Source of the DNA: a virus | Lineage: Duplodnaviria; Caudoviricetes | DNA: 55,765 nucleotides | Reading direction: 5' to 3' (one strand) | IMG/VR virus record: IMGVR_UViG_3300044825_002268 | Location: 1 to 55,765 of that record | In this document: piece by piece, positions 1-10,232 of the stretch | How positions within the stretch are numbered: position 1 is the first letter of the stretch | Layout: every line of letters starts with the position of its first letter | Position numbers and translations under genes: made by a program | The notes under the pieces: generated by a model | Told to the model about the DNA's origin: nothing | Databases searched by the model: none | What the model saw: the letters and a program-made list of their open reading frames with translations, nothing else

Positions 1-170
1 ATCCAAGCGCCCGCCGCCATGCGGTGGTGCTGTTTTACGGCTTTTTGTTGCTCGTCTTTCTCAGTGGTTGCCATGGTTAACCTCCTAGTTGGCGTTGAAC
101 TTCGTTATTAAGTCTTACTGCGGTCTCGACCTGCTCTTTTCGGAGCTTCTGCTCGTCCAAAACCAGCTCT
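1..170. repeat. Terminal overlap, left copy (circular assembly overlap)
   Basis: 1-170 is identical to 55596-55765 except T44 vs C55639. Confidence 0.97.
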
Positions 171-2611
171 GCACTGCGTATACGCTCCTCAGTCAGGTTG
201 TTCTCGGCGTTCATGGCAATGTCTGCCTGAAGCCTTGCGGCCGCCTCTGCGGCCTTCTGCTGGTCTTTGCGCATACTGTCTTGCAGGTCAGCCTGTAGCT
301 TCTGGGTCTTGAACTGTAGGTCTGCCTGATCTGCCGCGGCCCGGCGCTGGGTTTCAGCCAAGGAAGCCTGCAATACCGCCTGAGCCTCAGCGTCAGGAGG
401 TGCCTGCATAGCCTGCTGGGCAAACTGCTGATTCATCTGGATGAGCTGCTGGAGCATAGGCATCAGAGAACCAAAGATCTGCTGGCTTTCGGCCTTTACG
501 TTGTCTGCGGCCATGGCGATCTGGTGATCCACCCCCATGACCTCGGGCATATCCTCGTACTTGGCCTGATCCATTGGCACATAGCCATTCATCCGGTTGG
601 TGTACCAAAGGACCATATGTTGCTTAACGTGCTCCAAGACCTGAGGAATCAACTGCTTGGCCATAATCGGGTTAGATCCTAAGGCTGGATCAAGGGCAAA
701 GCTCAGGTGGGTATGGATATGGGCGATCTGATCCTGCCGCGGGTAGGCGTAGGCGGTCTTACCCAAAGCCATAGCGGCATTTTCCTCGGCGGCCGATATC
801 TCATCGGTCGTTGGTGCCGTTGGCATGAGCTCGTTGACGTTGGGAACCTTTAACTGTTTGAGCATCCGAGACACCACCACCCGCTGATCAAAGAGTTGCG
901 GGTAGGCAGAGGCCATCTGCAGGACTGCCTGCATCTGGGATATCCGCTGGGTCTCGGAGAAGATGTGCGGATCAGAGACCGGCACTACGTCGCTATTGCG
1001 TTTAAAGTCCTCCCGCTGAACCGGAAGCTCGGCAACGATATCGCCCCTGCGCTGATCATCCAGATACCACCGGTTGATGCGGCCAAGCACCATTAGGAGC
1101 CGGCGCTGACTGTCATGCAGTCGGGCATGGATGGCAGAAAAGACTGCCGCACCCTGTTCGATTAGGGCTTGAGTCGTGCCTACCGGGGTGTTTTGCCCGA
1201 TGTCTGAAATCTTCTCTTCTGCGGTCGTTACAACCCCTTTGGCGGCGCTCGTAAGCCAACCCAAGAGCTGATACAGAACCGGGGAGGGTGGGTTAAAGGG
1301 CATCGGCATAGCGATCTTGCGGATATCGTCCACCCCCGGCGCACCCTCAATCTCAGTTACTTGGGTGACATCGACCTGCTGGGACTGCCCAGAGATCTTG
1401 GCTCCTTTAATCTTGAGCATGGTCGCTGAGTTATTGATATGCGCCGTGTCCAGCAAAGCCCGTAGAGCGCCTGTCAGAGCGGCCGACAAGCCCCCGATAA
1501 GGTGGGGAAGACCGATTGCATAGGCTCCACGCCAAGGGATGAACTTGAACTCAATGAGCCAGTCCAGCTTGGTCATGGTCTCATCGCCTTCCTCCCAGTT
1601 CCGATATAGACCAATGACCTCATGCTCAAGATCGTCGATCATCAGAATGTAAGGGGCGTTTTGGCCGTCGCTATAAGGATCGTCATCCAGCGTCAGGTAG
1701 GTATAGATATGAAATACTCGCCGTAGACCGTCCTCGTTATCCTCAAACTTCTTACCCTCAATCTTGTTGTTGGCCTTCTCGGCTGCGGTCTCATCCGGCT
1801 CCATGGTGGCCCGGATAAAGTCAATGTCTCGGTAAAGGCCGCGATCAATCCGGCGCTTGAACTCCCACTCCGTGATGTCGTGGATTTCTGACACCCGCTG
1901 GGCGGTATAGAAGTTAGCTGCGGCAAAAGGAATTAGAATGTTGTCTATGGGCACGAACTCTGCGCAGGGGCGCTTTTTTTCCTCGTCGTACCAGAGCTTC
2001 ATGTATTGAGAGCCGCCAAGGGGCAGCTGAGTCAGTAACTGCTCCTGCTCATCCCTAAATTCCTCGATCTGCTCAGTCAACTGCCAATTGATGTAATCCC
2101 GCTTACGCTCGGCAATCTCAGTCTTGGTCTCATCGACCTCACCCAAGATCTTGGTTCGGGCAGGGCCGTCGGGCGGGAATAGCTCTTTGATCGCCCGGGC
2201 AGCAAAGTCCACACAGGCTTCAGCCATCACGGGGTGAACCACCCGGGAAGCGCCCATGAACTGCGCTCCACCCGGGGCGTCATCACCTAAACCTGTCCGG
2301 CGGATGCCCTCTTCGTACTGCTTATCCCGCTTCTCCCTTGCCTCTTTATCCTTCTTCAGAAGGTCAAGGTAACGCATAGCGATAGCGTTCAGATCGGACA
2401 AATCATAAGAGTCGGCCAAGTTCTCATAGAAGTCTTTAGACTCCATCGGGCCGGTAAACTGATCGCTTAGGTTCACCACAGCCGATCCGTCAGGCATTTC
2501 CTCAACCTGAGTGATTTCCTCTGTCAGCTCAACGACCGCACCGCCATCCGGCGTAGTCTTTAAGCCTTGAATAAAGCGCCCGAACTCCGGGTCAATTGGC
2601 ATTTCAGGCAT
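77..2611 (-). CDS. Portal protein
   Basis: 844 aa, downstream of TerL and upstream of the head genes. 'VVHPVMAEACVDFAARA', acidic core and Q/A-rich coiled-coil C-terminus are typical of P22-like portals. Confidence 0.85.
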   Translation of the reverse strand: MPEMPIDPEFGRFIQGLKTTPDGGAVVELTEEITQVEEMPDGSAVVNLSDQFTGPMESKDFYENLADSYDLSDLNAIAMRYLDLLKKDKEAREKRDKQYEEGIRRTGLGDDAPGGAQFMGASRVVHPVMAEACVDFAARAIKELFPPDGPARTKILGEVDETKTEIAERKRDYINWQLTEQIEEFRDEQEQLLTQLPLGGSQYMKLWYDEEKKRPCAEFVPIDNILIPFAAANFYTAQRVSEIHDITEWEFKRRIDRGLYRDIDFIRATMEPDETAAEKANNKIEGKKFEDNEDGLRRVFHIYTYLTLDDDPYSDGQNAPYILMIDDLEHEVIGLYRNWEEGDETMTKLDWLIEFKFIPWRGAYAIGLPHLIGGLSAALTGALRALLDTAHINNSATMLKIKGAKISGQSQQVDVTQVTEIEGAPGVDDIRKIAMPMPFNPPSPVLYQLLGWLTSAAKGVVTTAEEKISDIGQNTPVGTTQALIEQGAAVFSAIHARLHDSQRRLLMVLGRINRWYLDDQRRGDIVAELPVQREDFKRNSDVVPVSDPHIFSETQRISQMQAVLQMASAYPQLFDQRVVVSRMLKQLKVPNVNELMPTAPTTDEISAAEENAAMALGKTAYAYPRQDQIAHIHTHLSFALDPALGSNPIMAKQLIPQVLEHVKQHMVLWYTNRMNGYVPMDQAKYEDMPEVMGVDHQIAMAADNVKAESQQIFGSLMPMLQQLIQMNQQFAQQAMQAPPDAEAQAVLQASLAETQRRAAADQADLQFKTQKLQADLQDSMRKDQQKAAEAAARLQADIAMNAENNLTEERIRSAELVLDEQKLRKEQVETAVRLNNEVQRQLGG

Positions 2612-5600
2612 AGCGTTTTAGCTCCTGTTGGAGGGAAAAGTTAATTAAATTTCCCGCATCTGTTACGTCTGGAACGGTATTAAACGGGGCAATGATTGGG
2701 CCGCCGCGTTGCATCTTGACTGCGCCGCCCTTTTTGTAGGGCTGGCCTTTCAGCGCAGATTTCTTCAACTCCGGGGTAAATTCAATCATATAGACCGGCT
2801 CAGTCAGGTCTGCGTAACCGCCCTCCTCGGTCACACCTCTACCTACTTTGGTTTTGGTCTCATAAAACCGACCACCCATCTGCTTGGCATAGTCTTGTAA
2901 GGCTTTCTTCAGTTTATTGTCATAAAACGCCAGCATCCCTTCTTCCCGTGGGGCGCTGACGCCGGTATCAAACTTTTGCATCCGATCCCATGTCTTTTTC
3001 GTTATCCGATCAATTTGATTTTCGGACAGCCGGCGACCAATGGACTCGACTAACTCTCGTAATTCCGCTTGCGTCTTAATTGGGACGCTTTTGCGTTCTT
3101 TTAAAATTCCCCTAGCCCGAGCCTCGGCTTCTAGGTTCATACGGCCTGCAAGACCGCCTTTTTGTTCTGTGGCCGATACATTCCACCCGTCTTCGGTCTT
3201 TTCCCAAGCAATCTCTTGTGTTCCCCAGCGCTTAATCTGAGGGCTGGCGGCTGAAAATCCTACGCGGTCGTAACCGTTTCGGGCTGCGTAGTTGAGCGCT
3301 CGTTTTAGACCCAGTTTGTGCCATGTTTCTTTTAACGGCGCGTTTGGCAGAAGTTCATTTAATTTTTCGTATGGTTTTTTTGCTTCATCATATTCTTTGA
3401 GTGCTTGGTCAGCAATTTGTCGCAACTTTTGGAATTCTGGATCTTGTCCAATTTGTCCTACTATATCTCCACTTAAATATCTTTTTCCAAGTTTTTGTAA
3501 AAATTCAATTTCTTTTTGATTTTTATATTGATTTACGTTGCCCTGCGCTTCCCTTGCTAGACTTTGTTTTTCCAGATAATTTGATCTAATCTCATCAGCG
3601 TTGGCCATATTCTCTGGCGTCCGATAACCACGGTCTGCGCCCTGCTGATGCCAGTCGGACTGCAGCTCGTCCACATAAAGCATAGGCTTGCCATCGGTAG
3701 TGATTCGGTCTTGTAGTCGCAGGTGGGCTATAACATCCGGCTCCTCGATGTGCGGGTTGTCGTTATATTCATCCCGCTCGTTGGCCAACTTCGCCTTTGT
3801 CTTTAGACGATTAAAATTGACTGTGTCTTCAGGCGTCATGACCGGTCTATCTTTGTCAGGGCCAATAGATTTTCTGAACTTCTCATACAGCCCTTCGAGC
3901 TGCGCCTGCTCCCGCTTCGTAAGAGCCGGGTTTGGCTGCGGTTGATACTGAATCCAAATCTCTCGGTAGTTCTCGCCCAAAGGTAATTGATAGTCGTGAT
4001 ACAACGTCTGTCCTTCAGAGACTAGCCCCATGTCGATAGCGTGAGTGTTGGCTGCGCCTTCTGCCTCTTCCTGAGTTCGGAAGTAATCTCCGACCGGACG
4101 ACCTCTGGCATCACGAACCGTAAAACCAACATCATCGTTACCTAAAATTTCGTAACCAAGGTCGTTTTCATATCGATAGTAAGGACTTTCCCAATATTGA
4201 CTATAGGCAATGTCGTAGGCTTCTTGACGGATGTTGTCATCAATCTTCGAGTCTATGTCTGCCTTTATCGCAGGGTTAGCCAACTCTTCCGGGGTGTATT
4301 CATCATAAATACGTTGAGCTATTTCATCCCTACGACCGGGATTGTAGTTATCAAAATCATTAAAAATGTCATCAGCGTTGCTGCTTATGTAATCCGGATC
4401 ATCGATAGAATCACCCCGAAACTTCATTTCAGCCTGATCGCCTTTAGCGGCTTCGTACTGGATTTCTGAAAACTTGTATTTATTGGCCTCTGTGAACTCT
4501 TGGATATCTTCCTTAGTGACTTTCGCTTGACCCGACAGGAAGGACTGCAAGCCAGAAAACTCCAGCTCTTCGTTTGATACGCCGCCGCGTTTGAGGTCAT
4601 TCAAAAAGGCATCGCCCGTTCCCTGCTTGCGCTGAAGGTTCAATGCGGCCTTCTCTGCTTGCGAAAAAAGTCCCAGCTCGTTTGCCGGCGCCTTAATCTC
4701 TGCTGGCTTTCCGGTCTTGACTTCAGTCTTTAATACCTCAGTTATGGGCTTACCTACCGGCTCAATCGATAGGCCAACCGGTAGCGGCGGGACTTCAGAT
4801 ACCGCCTCTTTTACAGCCGTGCCTGCTTTGCCAGCTATCGATCTGAGCTGCGGTGCCATCCCGGTCAGCGAACCCGTCACCGGCCCAAACACCTCCGGCA
4901 TTAGCGGGGGCAGCTTGTACTTAGTCTCAAGCTCCTCCATGAACTTACCGAACTGTCCGACCTTCTCAGCCGCTGCGGGGGAAAGATCTCCGCTCGGAAG
5001 CATGAACTCTTCCATAGCCTTTTCCCCGGCCTTGATACCTTCTTGGGTTCCAAACTTCCCTGAGGTAATGGTTTTGTAAGCCCCGACAAACGGGGAGACC
5101 AAAGCCTTGGGGATTTGGGAGGCGATGAACTTCGTAGCCTCAAAGGTCGGGCTGCCAGAAGACTCTTGGTTCGGATCTAAGGCGGGCAACATTCCGCTGA
5201 TCTCATCCGTAATCGGTGTGCCGCCGGCCTGCATATGGACAGGTCCACCAGCCTTGTAAGCCCTAAATTGCTCTTCAAAGTTTACTGGGCCACCAGACTT
5301 TTTCTTGTATTTATTTATGCCGCCAAAAAGATCGGCCAGCCGGTTAAATTCATCTTTTGATATGACCGGCTCTCCGTTGAACTCAGCAATAATATTGACA
5401 TCAATGCCACGATCTTGGGCATTTTTAAGAATATTTGGTCTAAGCCACACCAAGTCTGCATTAGAAAGATCGCCAATGTGCGACCATTGTTGAGACTTGA
5501 TAAAGTCTTGCACGAAAGGAATGAATTCATCGTCCGGGCGCTGATTTTTCGGACCTTTAATCTGGCTAATCAACGGTGGGCGGGGCGGAACCCCAGCTTC

Positions 5601-8600
5601 TGCCAAAGCCATAGCGGTATGCTCATCTGTCAGTTCTTCCACATCCGGATGCCGCTGGCGCCACTGACGAACATATTCGCGGTACTGCGCCTTGGTCTCC
5701 CCATCGAGCTTGGCAAAATCTTCGCCGCTTACAGGATACGGTTGCGGATTGGGCGTGACTTCTATTGTGACCGCCGGTTTGCCGGCCTTATCCCGTAGAC
5801 TGAAGATCCGAGACTGGCCGCTCACGACATCCGGGCAGTAGCCCCCAACGCAGTGCTGCATTACGTCGCCTTCGTAGCGCAAGGCTTCTTCTAATGCTTT
5901 GCGCGGATTACCGGGGGTGTCTGGATAATGCTTGTAAATTCCTTCAATTACATCCTTGAGATCAGTTCCGGTGATAAGTGCGCCTCGGCCGTCATCCCCA
6001 ATTTTTCTGACCGACATAGCCCTTGGCGCCTGATTGACCACCTCAAAACCTTCTGGGAGTTTTTCAGGATACGGCAACATCTTCATCTCAACCCAGCGCA
6101 AGCCCTTCTCTGTTTCGGGATACTCTTTAACAACCTCAACAGACTTCTGGGCAGACAAGGCATTGGCTTCAGCCTTCTGCACCGAGCGGTAGGCGTTGAT
6201 TCTGTCTACAAGGTCAGCCGCCTGCTGGACGGTCATCTTCTCTAAATCTTTTGGTTTGATCAGAAGATTCTCAGGCAGGCCAGAGTTTGGATTCAGAGCG
6301 TTTTTTAGCTCGTCAACCATGTGCTGAAAGCCGGTGGTGTACTCATCCATACCGGTATTGACCATGTTGACCCGAGTCTCAGGTGGCACCTTAAACAACC
6401 ATGGATTCTCAGAGTAGACACGCTTTGCGTCGCCTTCTCTCAAATAGTAGTTTGGCTGAATGATCTCGCCGGCTTTTGAACCATATCCGACATATTTGTC
6501 AGCCGTGTCCTCCCATAACCGACCAATTTCAGAAGACGCGGTAGCTTTTTTTGGAAATCCTGCGGCGATACGTCTTTGCTCTAATGCACTCATCAATTGA
6601 GTTTCTTGGGGAGAAAAGTGCAACCCGGTACGATTAGCAATGAAGTCACGTTCCTTTTGGAGCTTTAGTAGATCCTGCCGGGACTGGGTCAGCATCTCCG
6701 GGGTAACCCCGCGCTGCCTTGCCACCTCTTCCATCTTGTCCGTAGCTCTCTGAATCTCAGCGTCTTTGTCGGCCAACAACTTTTGCTGCTTTTGCGCCCA
6801 GTCGTCAGCCCCTAAACGAAGCGGATCTTCCGGAGTGCCCATCTCGTTTTTGATATACCGATTTAACTTTTGGTCGATCCACTTATTGATCGCCACCATT
6901 GGCTTTAAATTTTCAGTCGAAACCTCAAACTGCGTTCTAATGTCTCCCGACAACTCTGGCCTTGCCAATGCCTTTTCCATTTCTACCAACGCTGCAGCAG
7001 GGTCAGTTCCACCTGCCAATTTTTCCCTGATCGGCTCAGTCTTCTTTTCGACCTGACCGGCTAACCAGTTCCCACCTTTTGGCTTAACGATTGCAGGCGC
7101 TCCCAGCTTAGTGATGGCCTCGGTGTCACCCATCGCCTTATAGATCTGCTCTGCGGTCAGATCCGGCTTACCGGTGATTGCTCTTGTTGCCGCGGTTCCT
7201 ACGCTCTCCGCCCCTCTTGCAGCTCCTCGGGCAACCGGCGGGGCAAACGGAACCATCGACAGGGTTTCGGCCACATACGGCTTATCGGTCGTAATCGGGA
7301 TATTGCTTTGCTGGGGCATCCGGAAAAGCGGGTCACCGTAGCTTAACTTCTCAACCGTTTCTGATGTCGGCAGGATTAGGTCAAGCAACGTCCCTGTCGG
7401 GGAGTTCAGCCCCTTCTGAGCTTCTTCCCTAAACTTCAGGGCTTTGGCCAAAGCGCCTAACAGGGCGTTCTGCGGCGTAGCGCTGATCGATCCGGGGTTA
7501 CCACCGTCTTGCATATGAACAGGCCCACCAGCCTTATATGCCTGATACTGCGCCTCCAAATCTGACACCACCGGTGGAATGCCTTCTGGGCTAGCAAGAC
7601 CGCCCTCGGCCATGCCCTGCTTTTGCAGGTAGGTGAGGTATTCCTCGTTGATGTCCTGAGTCGGCAGGCCCTTGCCCTTTTCACCTAAGGTCCACTCGTA
7701 GTAACCGATCCTTGCCTTGCCTTGATCTTTCAGCCTTTGCGCATAGTCCCGCATGATCTTCTCGGCCTCACCGGGCTTAAACACCATGCCGGTATCCTCA
7801 CCGGTCAGAAGATAAGGAAAGCCCGGGTGCAGGTCTGGACGGTAGACGACATTTCCCTCAAGGTTAAATAGCCGCGGTCCGACCGCAAACGTCGGGACAT
7901 CTCCGCCGTGCTCTGGGTGCAGCAAAAGAGGTTCAGTCTCTTGTTTCAGAATATCGGTCGGGCGGAAGATCACGCCCTTGCCGCTCTTCTCACCGCCCAG
8001 TGCCACGCCGCCCTTAGACGGTGGGATGCCCTTACCCAACATGATGTCTGCAAGAGCCGCCCGTTTCTCAAAGGTGTCGGCCTTCTGCCAAATCTTCGGG
8101 TCGCGGATCTCGGCACCCTCCCCGAAGGTCAGGGCCAGATTGTGATTGATCTTCTTCTCAAGCTCTTTAGTGAGCTTGCCCTCTTTCATGGCGTCAGTAA
8201 AACCTTTACGCAACTTGTTGAACACTAGCGGGTTTGACTTCAACTGGTCTTCGGCGCCAAGGATGGTTGACCAAAACGTGAAAGGATCGGACTGGCCAAT
8301 CATTTTGCTGGCTGTGCCCTTCTCACCCACGCCCCAGACCAATCCCTCATAAAAAGGGTCGACCTGCTGTAAGCCGGAGAACATGGCACCGCCGATATTC
8401 CCGCCGCCGACTCTAGTGCGGTCGGACTGGGTGACTTTTAATTTGCCCTTACCCTCGACGTTTAGGTTACCTAACGCCTCGGAGAGTTTCATCGGCTCCG
8501 TCGCCTTAGCTACATCTGCAGCCCGCCGTCCAGCCGCCGCCCGATCCGCCGCCTTAGCCGCCTCAACCAAAGCCTCTTGGTCAGTGGCCTTGGCTGCCTT

Positions 8601-8645
8601 GCCTGCGCCTTTAGCTCCAATCGTTAGGGCTGCTTTAATTGGCAT
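2604..8645 (-). CDS. Large multi-domain (polyvalent-type) protein, probably virion-packaged; includes a PcfJ-like and a 'DELQSDWHQ' domain
   Basis: 2013 aa ORF. Contains 'EGDVMQHCVGGY...IFSLRD...VTIEV' (PcfJ-like) and 'LYVDELQSDWHQQG'. Modules are separated by clusters of xxGG motifs. Confidence 0.6.
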   Translation of the reverse strand: MPIKAALTIGAKGAGKAAKATDQEALVEAAKAADRAAAGRRAADVAKATEPMKLSEALGNLNVEGKGKLKVTQSDRTRVGGGNIGGAMFSGLQQVDPFYEGLVWGVGEKGTASKMIGQSDPFTFWSTILGAEDQLKSNPLVFNKLRKGFTDAMKEGKLTKELEKKINHNLALTFGEGAEIRDPKIWQKADTFEKRAALADIMLGKGIPPSKGGVALGGEKSGKGVIFRPTDILKQETEPLLLHPEHGGDVPTFAVGPRLFNLEGNVVYRPDLHPGFPYLLTGEDTGMVFKPGEAEKIMRDYAQRLKDQGKARIGYYEWTLGEKGKGLPTQDINEEYLTYLQKQGMAEGGLASPEGIPPVVSDLEAQYQAYKAGGPVHMQDGGNPGSISATPQNALLGALAKALKFREEAQKGLNSPTGTLLDLILPTSETVEKLSYGDPLFRMPQQSNIPITTDKPYVAETLSMVPFAPPVARGAARGAESVGTAATRAITGKPDLTAEQIYKAMGDTEAITKLGAPAIVKPKGGNWLAGQVEKKTEPIREKLAGGTDPAAALVEMEKALARPELSGDIRTQFEVSTENLKPMVAINKWIDQKLNRYIKNEMGTPEDPLRLGADDWAQKQQKLLADKDAEIQRATDKMEEVARQRGVTPEMLTQSRQDLLKLQKERDFIANRTGLHFSPQETQLMSALEQRRIAAGFPKKATASSEIGRLWEDTADKYVGYGSKAGEIIQPNYYLREGDAKRVYSENPWLFKVPPETRVNMVNTGMDEYTTGFQHMVDELKNALNPNSGLPENLLIKPKDLEKMTVQQAADLVDRINAYRSVQKAEANALSAQKSVEVVKEYPETEKGLRWVEMKMLPYPEKLPEGFEVVNQAPRAMSVRKIGDDGRGALITGTDLKDVIEGIYKHYPDTPGNPRKALEEALRYEGDVMQHCVGGYCPDVVSGQSRIFSLRDKAGKPAVTIEVTPNPQPYPVSGEDFAKLDGETKAQYREYVRQWRQRHPDVEELTDEHTAMALAEAGVPPRPPLISQIKGPKNQRPDDEFIPFVQDFIKSQQWSHIGDLSNADLVWLRPNILKNAQDRGIDVNIIAEFNGEPVISKDEFNRLADLFGGINKYKKKSGGPVNFEEQFRAYKAGGPVHMQAGGTPITDEISGMLPALDPNQESSGSPTFEATKFIASQIPKALVSPFVGAYKTITSGKFGTQEGIKAGEKAMEEFMLPSGDLSPAAAEKVGQFGKFMEELETKYKLPPLMPEVFGPVTGSLTGMAPQLRSIAGKAGTAVKEAVSEVPPLPVGLSIEPVGKPITEVLKTEVKTGKPAEIKAPANELGLFSQAEKAALNLQRKQGTGDAFLNDLKRGGVSNEELEFSGLQSFLSGQAKVTKEDIQEFTEANKYKFSEIQYEAAKGDQAEMKFRGDSIDDPDYISSNADDIFNDFDNYNPGRRDEIAQRIYDEYTPEELANPAIKADIDSKIDDNIRQEAYDIAYSQYWESPYYRYENDLGYEILGNDDVGFTVRDARGRPVGDYFRTQEEAEGAANTHAIDMGLVSEGQTLYHDYQLPLGENYREIWIQYQPQPNPALTKREQAQLEGLYEKFRKSIGPDKDRPVMTPEDTVNFNRLKTKAKLANERDEYNDNPHIEEPDVIAHLRLQDRITTDGKPMLYVDELQSDWHQQGADRGYRTPENMANADEIRSNYLEKQSLAREAQGNVNQYKNQKEIEFLQKLGKRYLSGDIVGQIGQDPEFQKLRQIADQALKEYDEAKKPYEKLNELLPNAPLKETWHKLGLKRALNYAARNGYDRVGFSAASPQIKRWGTQEIAWEKTEDGWNVSATEQKGGLAGRMNLEAEARARGILKERKSVPIKTQAELRELVESIGRRLSENQIDRITKKTWDRMQKFDTGVSAPREEGMLAFYDNKLKKALQDYAKQMGGRFYETKTKVGRGVTEEGGYADLTEPVYMIEFTPELKKSALKGQPYKKGGAVKMQRGGPIIAPFNTVPDVTDAGNLINFSLQQELKRYA

Positions 8646-8833
8646 CAGGGCTCCCCGATCACATACTTAGACTTATTGCCGTTGCGGATTGCCAAGATGG
8701 TGTAGCCCTTTGCCCTAAGTCTATGGATTTGCGCCGGCAGACGACCGATCCCCTTCTTCTTTGCGTAGGCTTCATCGATCCAGCCGTTTGAGAGAAGTCG
8801 GTCAAGGGTTAGCATCAGTTGGCTACGCTGCAT
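8645..8833 (-). CDS. Small winged-HTH protein
   Basis: 62 aa. 'GIGRLPAQIHRLRAKGYTI' resembles phage HTH_39-type proteins. Fills the gap between TerL and the next gene with overlaps. Confidence 0.55.
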   Translation of the reverse strand: MQRSQLMLTLDRLLSNGWIDEAYAKKKGIGRLPAQIHRLRAKGYTILAIRNGNKSKYVIGEP

Positions 8834-10229
8834 AAGGGTTCACGCGCTTAGGTCTGAATTCGGCGTAATCATCATCGTCCCTTGCCGGTGGGTCTATGTC
8901 AAGGAACCCCGCATCTCTGAGGTATCTGAGCGCCTGAGTACAGGTATCGACAAAGTCGTCATGGGTGGATTCTGGGAATGAGCAAATCTGACTGACGAAC
9001 CCCTCAGCCCAGTCTCGGACGTATCCCTTCTTGACCATTGACTCGGGGATGTAGACCCGCTTATGGGCGATGATGTTGGCCACAATCGATAGCCTCTGGA
9101 TCTTATCCGCCCGGCCGGGGTTGTACGCCCTCACCGGCAGACGCGCCCGCTGCAGGTCTTGGATGAGACTTATGCCCGAGGCTTTGTCTTCAATGAGGAT
9201 TAGGTCAACCTTCTTGCCGTCTTTGCCCTCCCCGTAGGTCACCTTGTATTCCTCGATGACCTTCGGCCGCAGGTCGGGGTACTGGAGCCTATCCTGCCAT
9301 GCGTCTATCAGCATGACCGCGGTTGGGCCGTCCATGGGCTGGAAGATCCCCCAAGTCGTGCAGGCGGTGGGATCGTTGACGGTCTTCTCGGTATAGGCGC
9401 AGTCGTAGGACTGCAGGATGAAGTCGAACTTCGGAAACGGCTTCTCAGCCGGCCAGAGCTTGAACATTTCCCGCTTGACGATCCCCGACTCCTCGGGATC
9501 GATGATCTCAGCGTAGATCTCCTGCCGCCCCAGCTTGGTTCCCTCGTACTGAAGGATCTGCTTTTGGAAATTAGGGGACAGGTTGGCTAGGTTGTCATAG
9601 GTGGACGCAGTAGTAAGCGTTACATCGTCCCCATCCCGGCCGACCAGATCGATGATCAAGTCTTTAGGCCGCGGGGTAGTGGTGGCGATAATCCGGGTTC
9701 TGGAGCCAAGCCGGACCGAGAACATGATCTGATCCCACGCCTCATCGAGGTAGTCCCAAGCGGCCAGCTCGTCTAGCCATGCCCCGTGGAACTGCGGCCC
9801 CCGGAAGCGCTCTGGCTCCGAGGCTGGGATGCCTTTGATCAGGCTGCCATTAGTCAATTTAATCTCGTGGAAGGCGCGGTTGTAATCTGCCACAAGTGAA
9901 TCGGGTATAACTGATAGGAGCCCTGAATCTCCTTCAAAACAGGTCGCCCGAACATCGGAGCTGGTGGGCGCTCCAACCAGCCAGCGAGTGCCTGCTTCCT
10001 GCCATGCCCACCACCCCACTTGCTCCGCAGCCGTCCGGGTTTTGCCGGCACCGCGGCCGGCGAGCATAAGCCATATCGTCCACCAATCCCCAGCCGGCAC
10101 AATCTGGTGCTTATGGGCCTTAGTGAGCCAGTTAGCCCGCCAAGCCCATGCGGCCTGATCCTCGGCTGGCAAAATGGAGAACTTGGCCTGAATCTCTGGG
10201 TCGGCCAGCAACTCAGCAAGATCAGTCAT
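8823..10229 (-). CDS. terL: Terminase large subunit
   Basis: Walker A 'AGRGAGKT', Walker B 'AWLDELA', motif III 'TTTP', RNase H-like nuclease 'SYD...HDDFVD'. Confidence 0.96.
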   Translation of the reverse strand: MTDLAELLADPEIQAKFSILPAEDQAAWAWRANWLTKAHKHQIVPAGDWWTIWLMLAGRGAGKTRTAAEQVGWWAWQEAGTRWLVGAPTSSDVRATCFEGDSGLLSVIPDSLVADYNRAFHEIKLTNGSLIKGIPASEPERFRGPQFHGAWLDELAAWDYLDEAWDQIMFSVRLGSRTRIIATTTPRPKDLIIDLVGRDGDDVTLTTASTYDNLANLSPNFQKQILQYEGTKLGRQEIYAEIIDPEESGIVKREMFKLWPAEKPFPKFDFILQSYDCAYTEKTVNDPTACTTWGIFQPMDGPTAVMLIDAWQDRLQYPDLRPKVIEEYKVTYGEGKDGKKVDLILIEDKASGISLIQDLQRARLPVRAYNPGRADKIQRLSIVANIIAHKRVYIPESMVKKGYVRDWAEGFVSQICSFPESTHDDFVDTCTQALRYLRDAGFLDIDPPARDDDDYAEFRPKRVNPYAA

Positions 10230-10232
10230 CCC

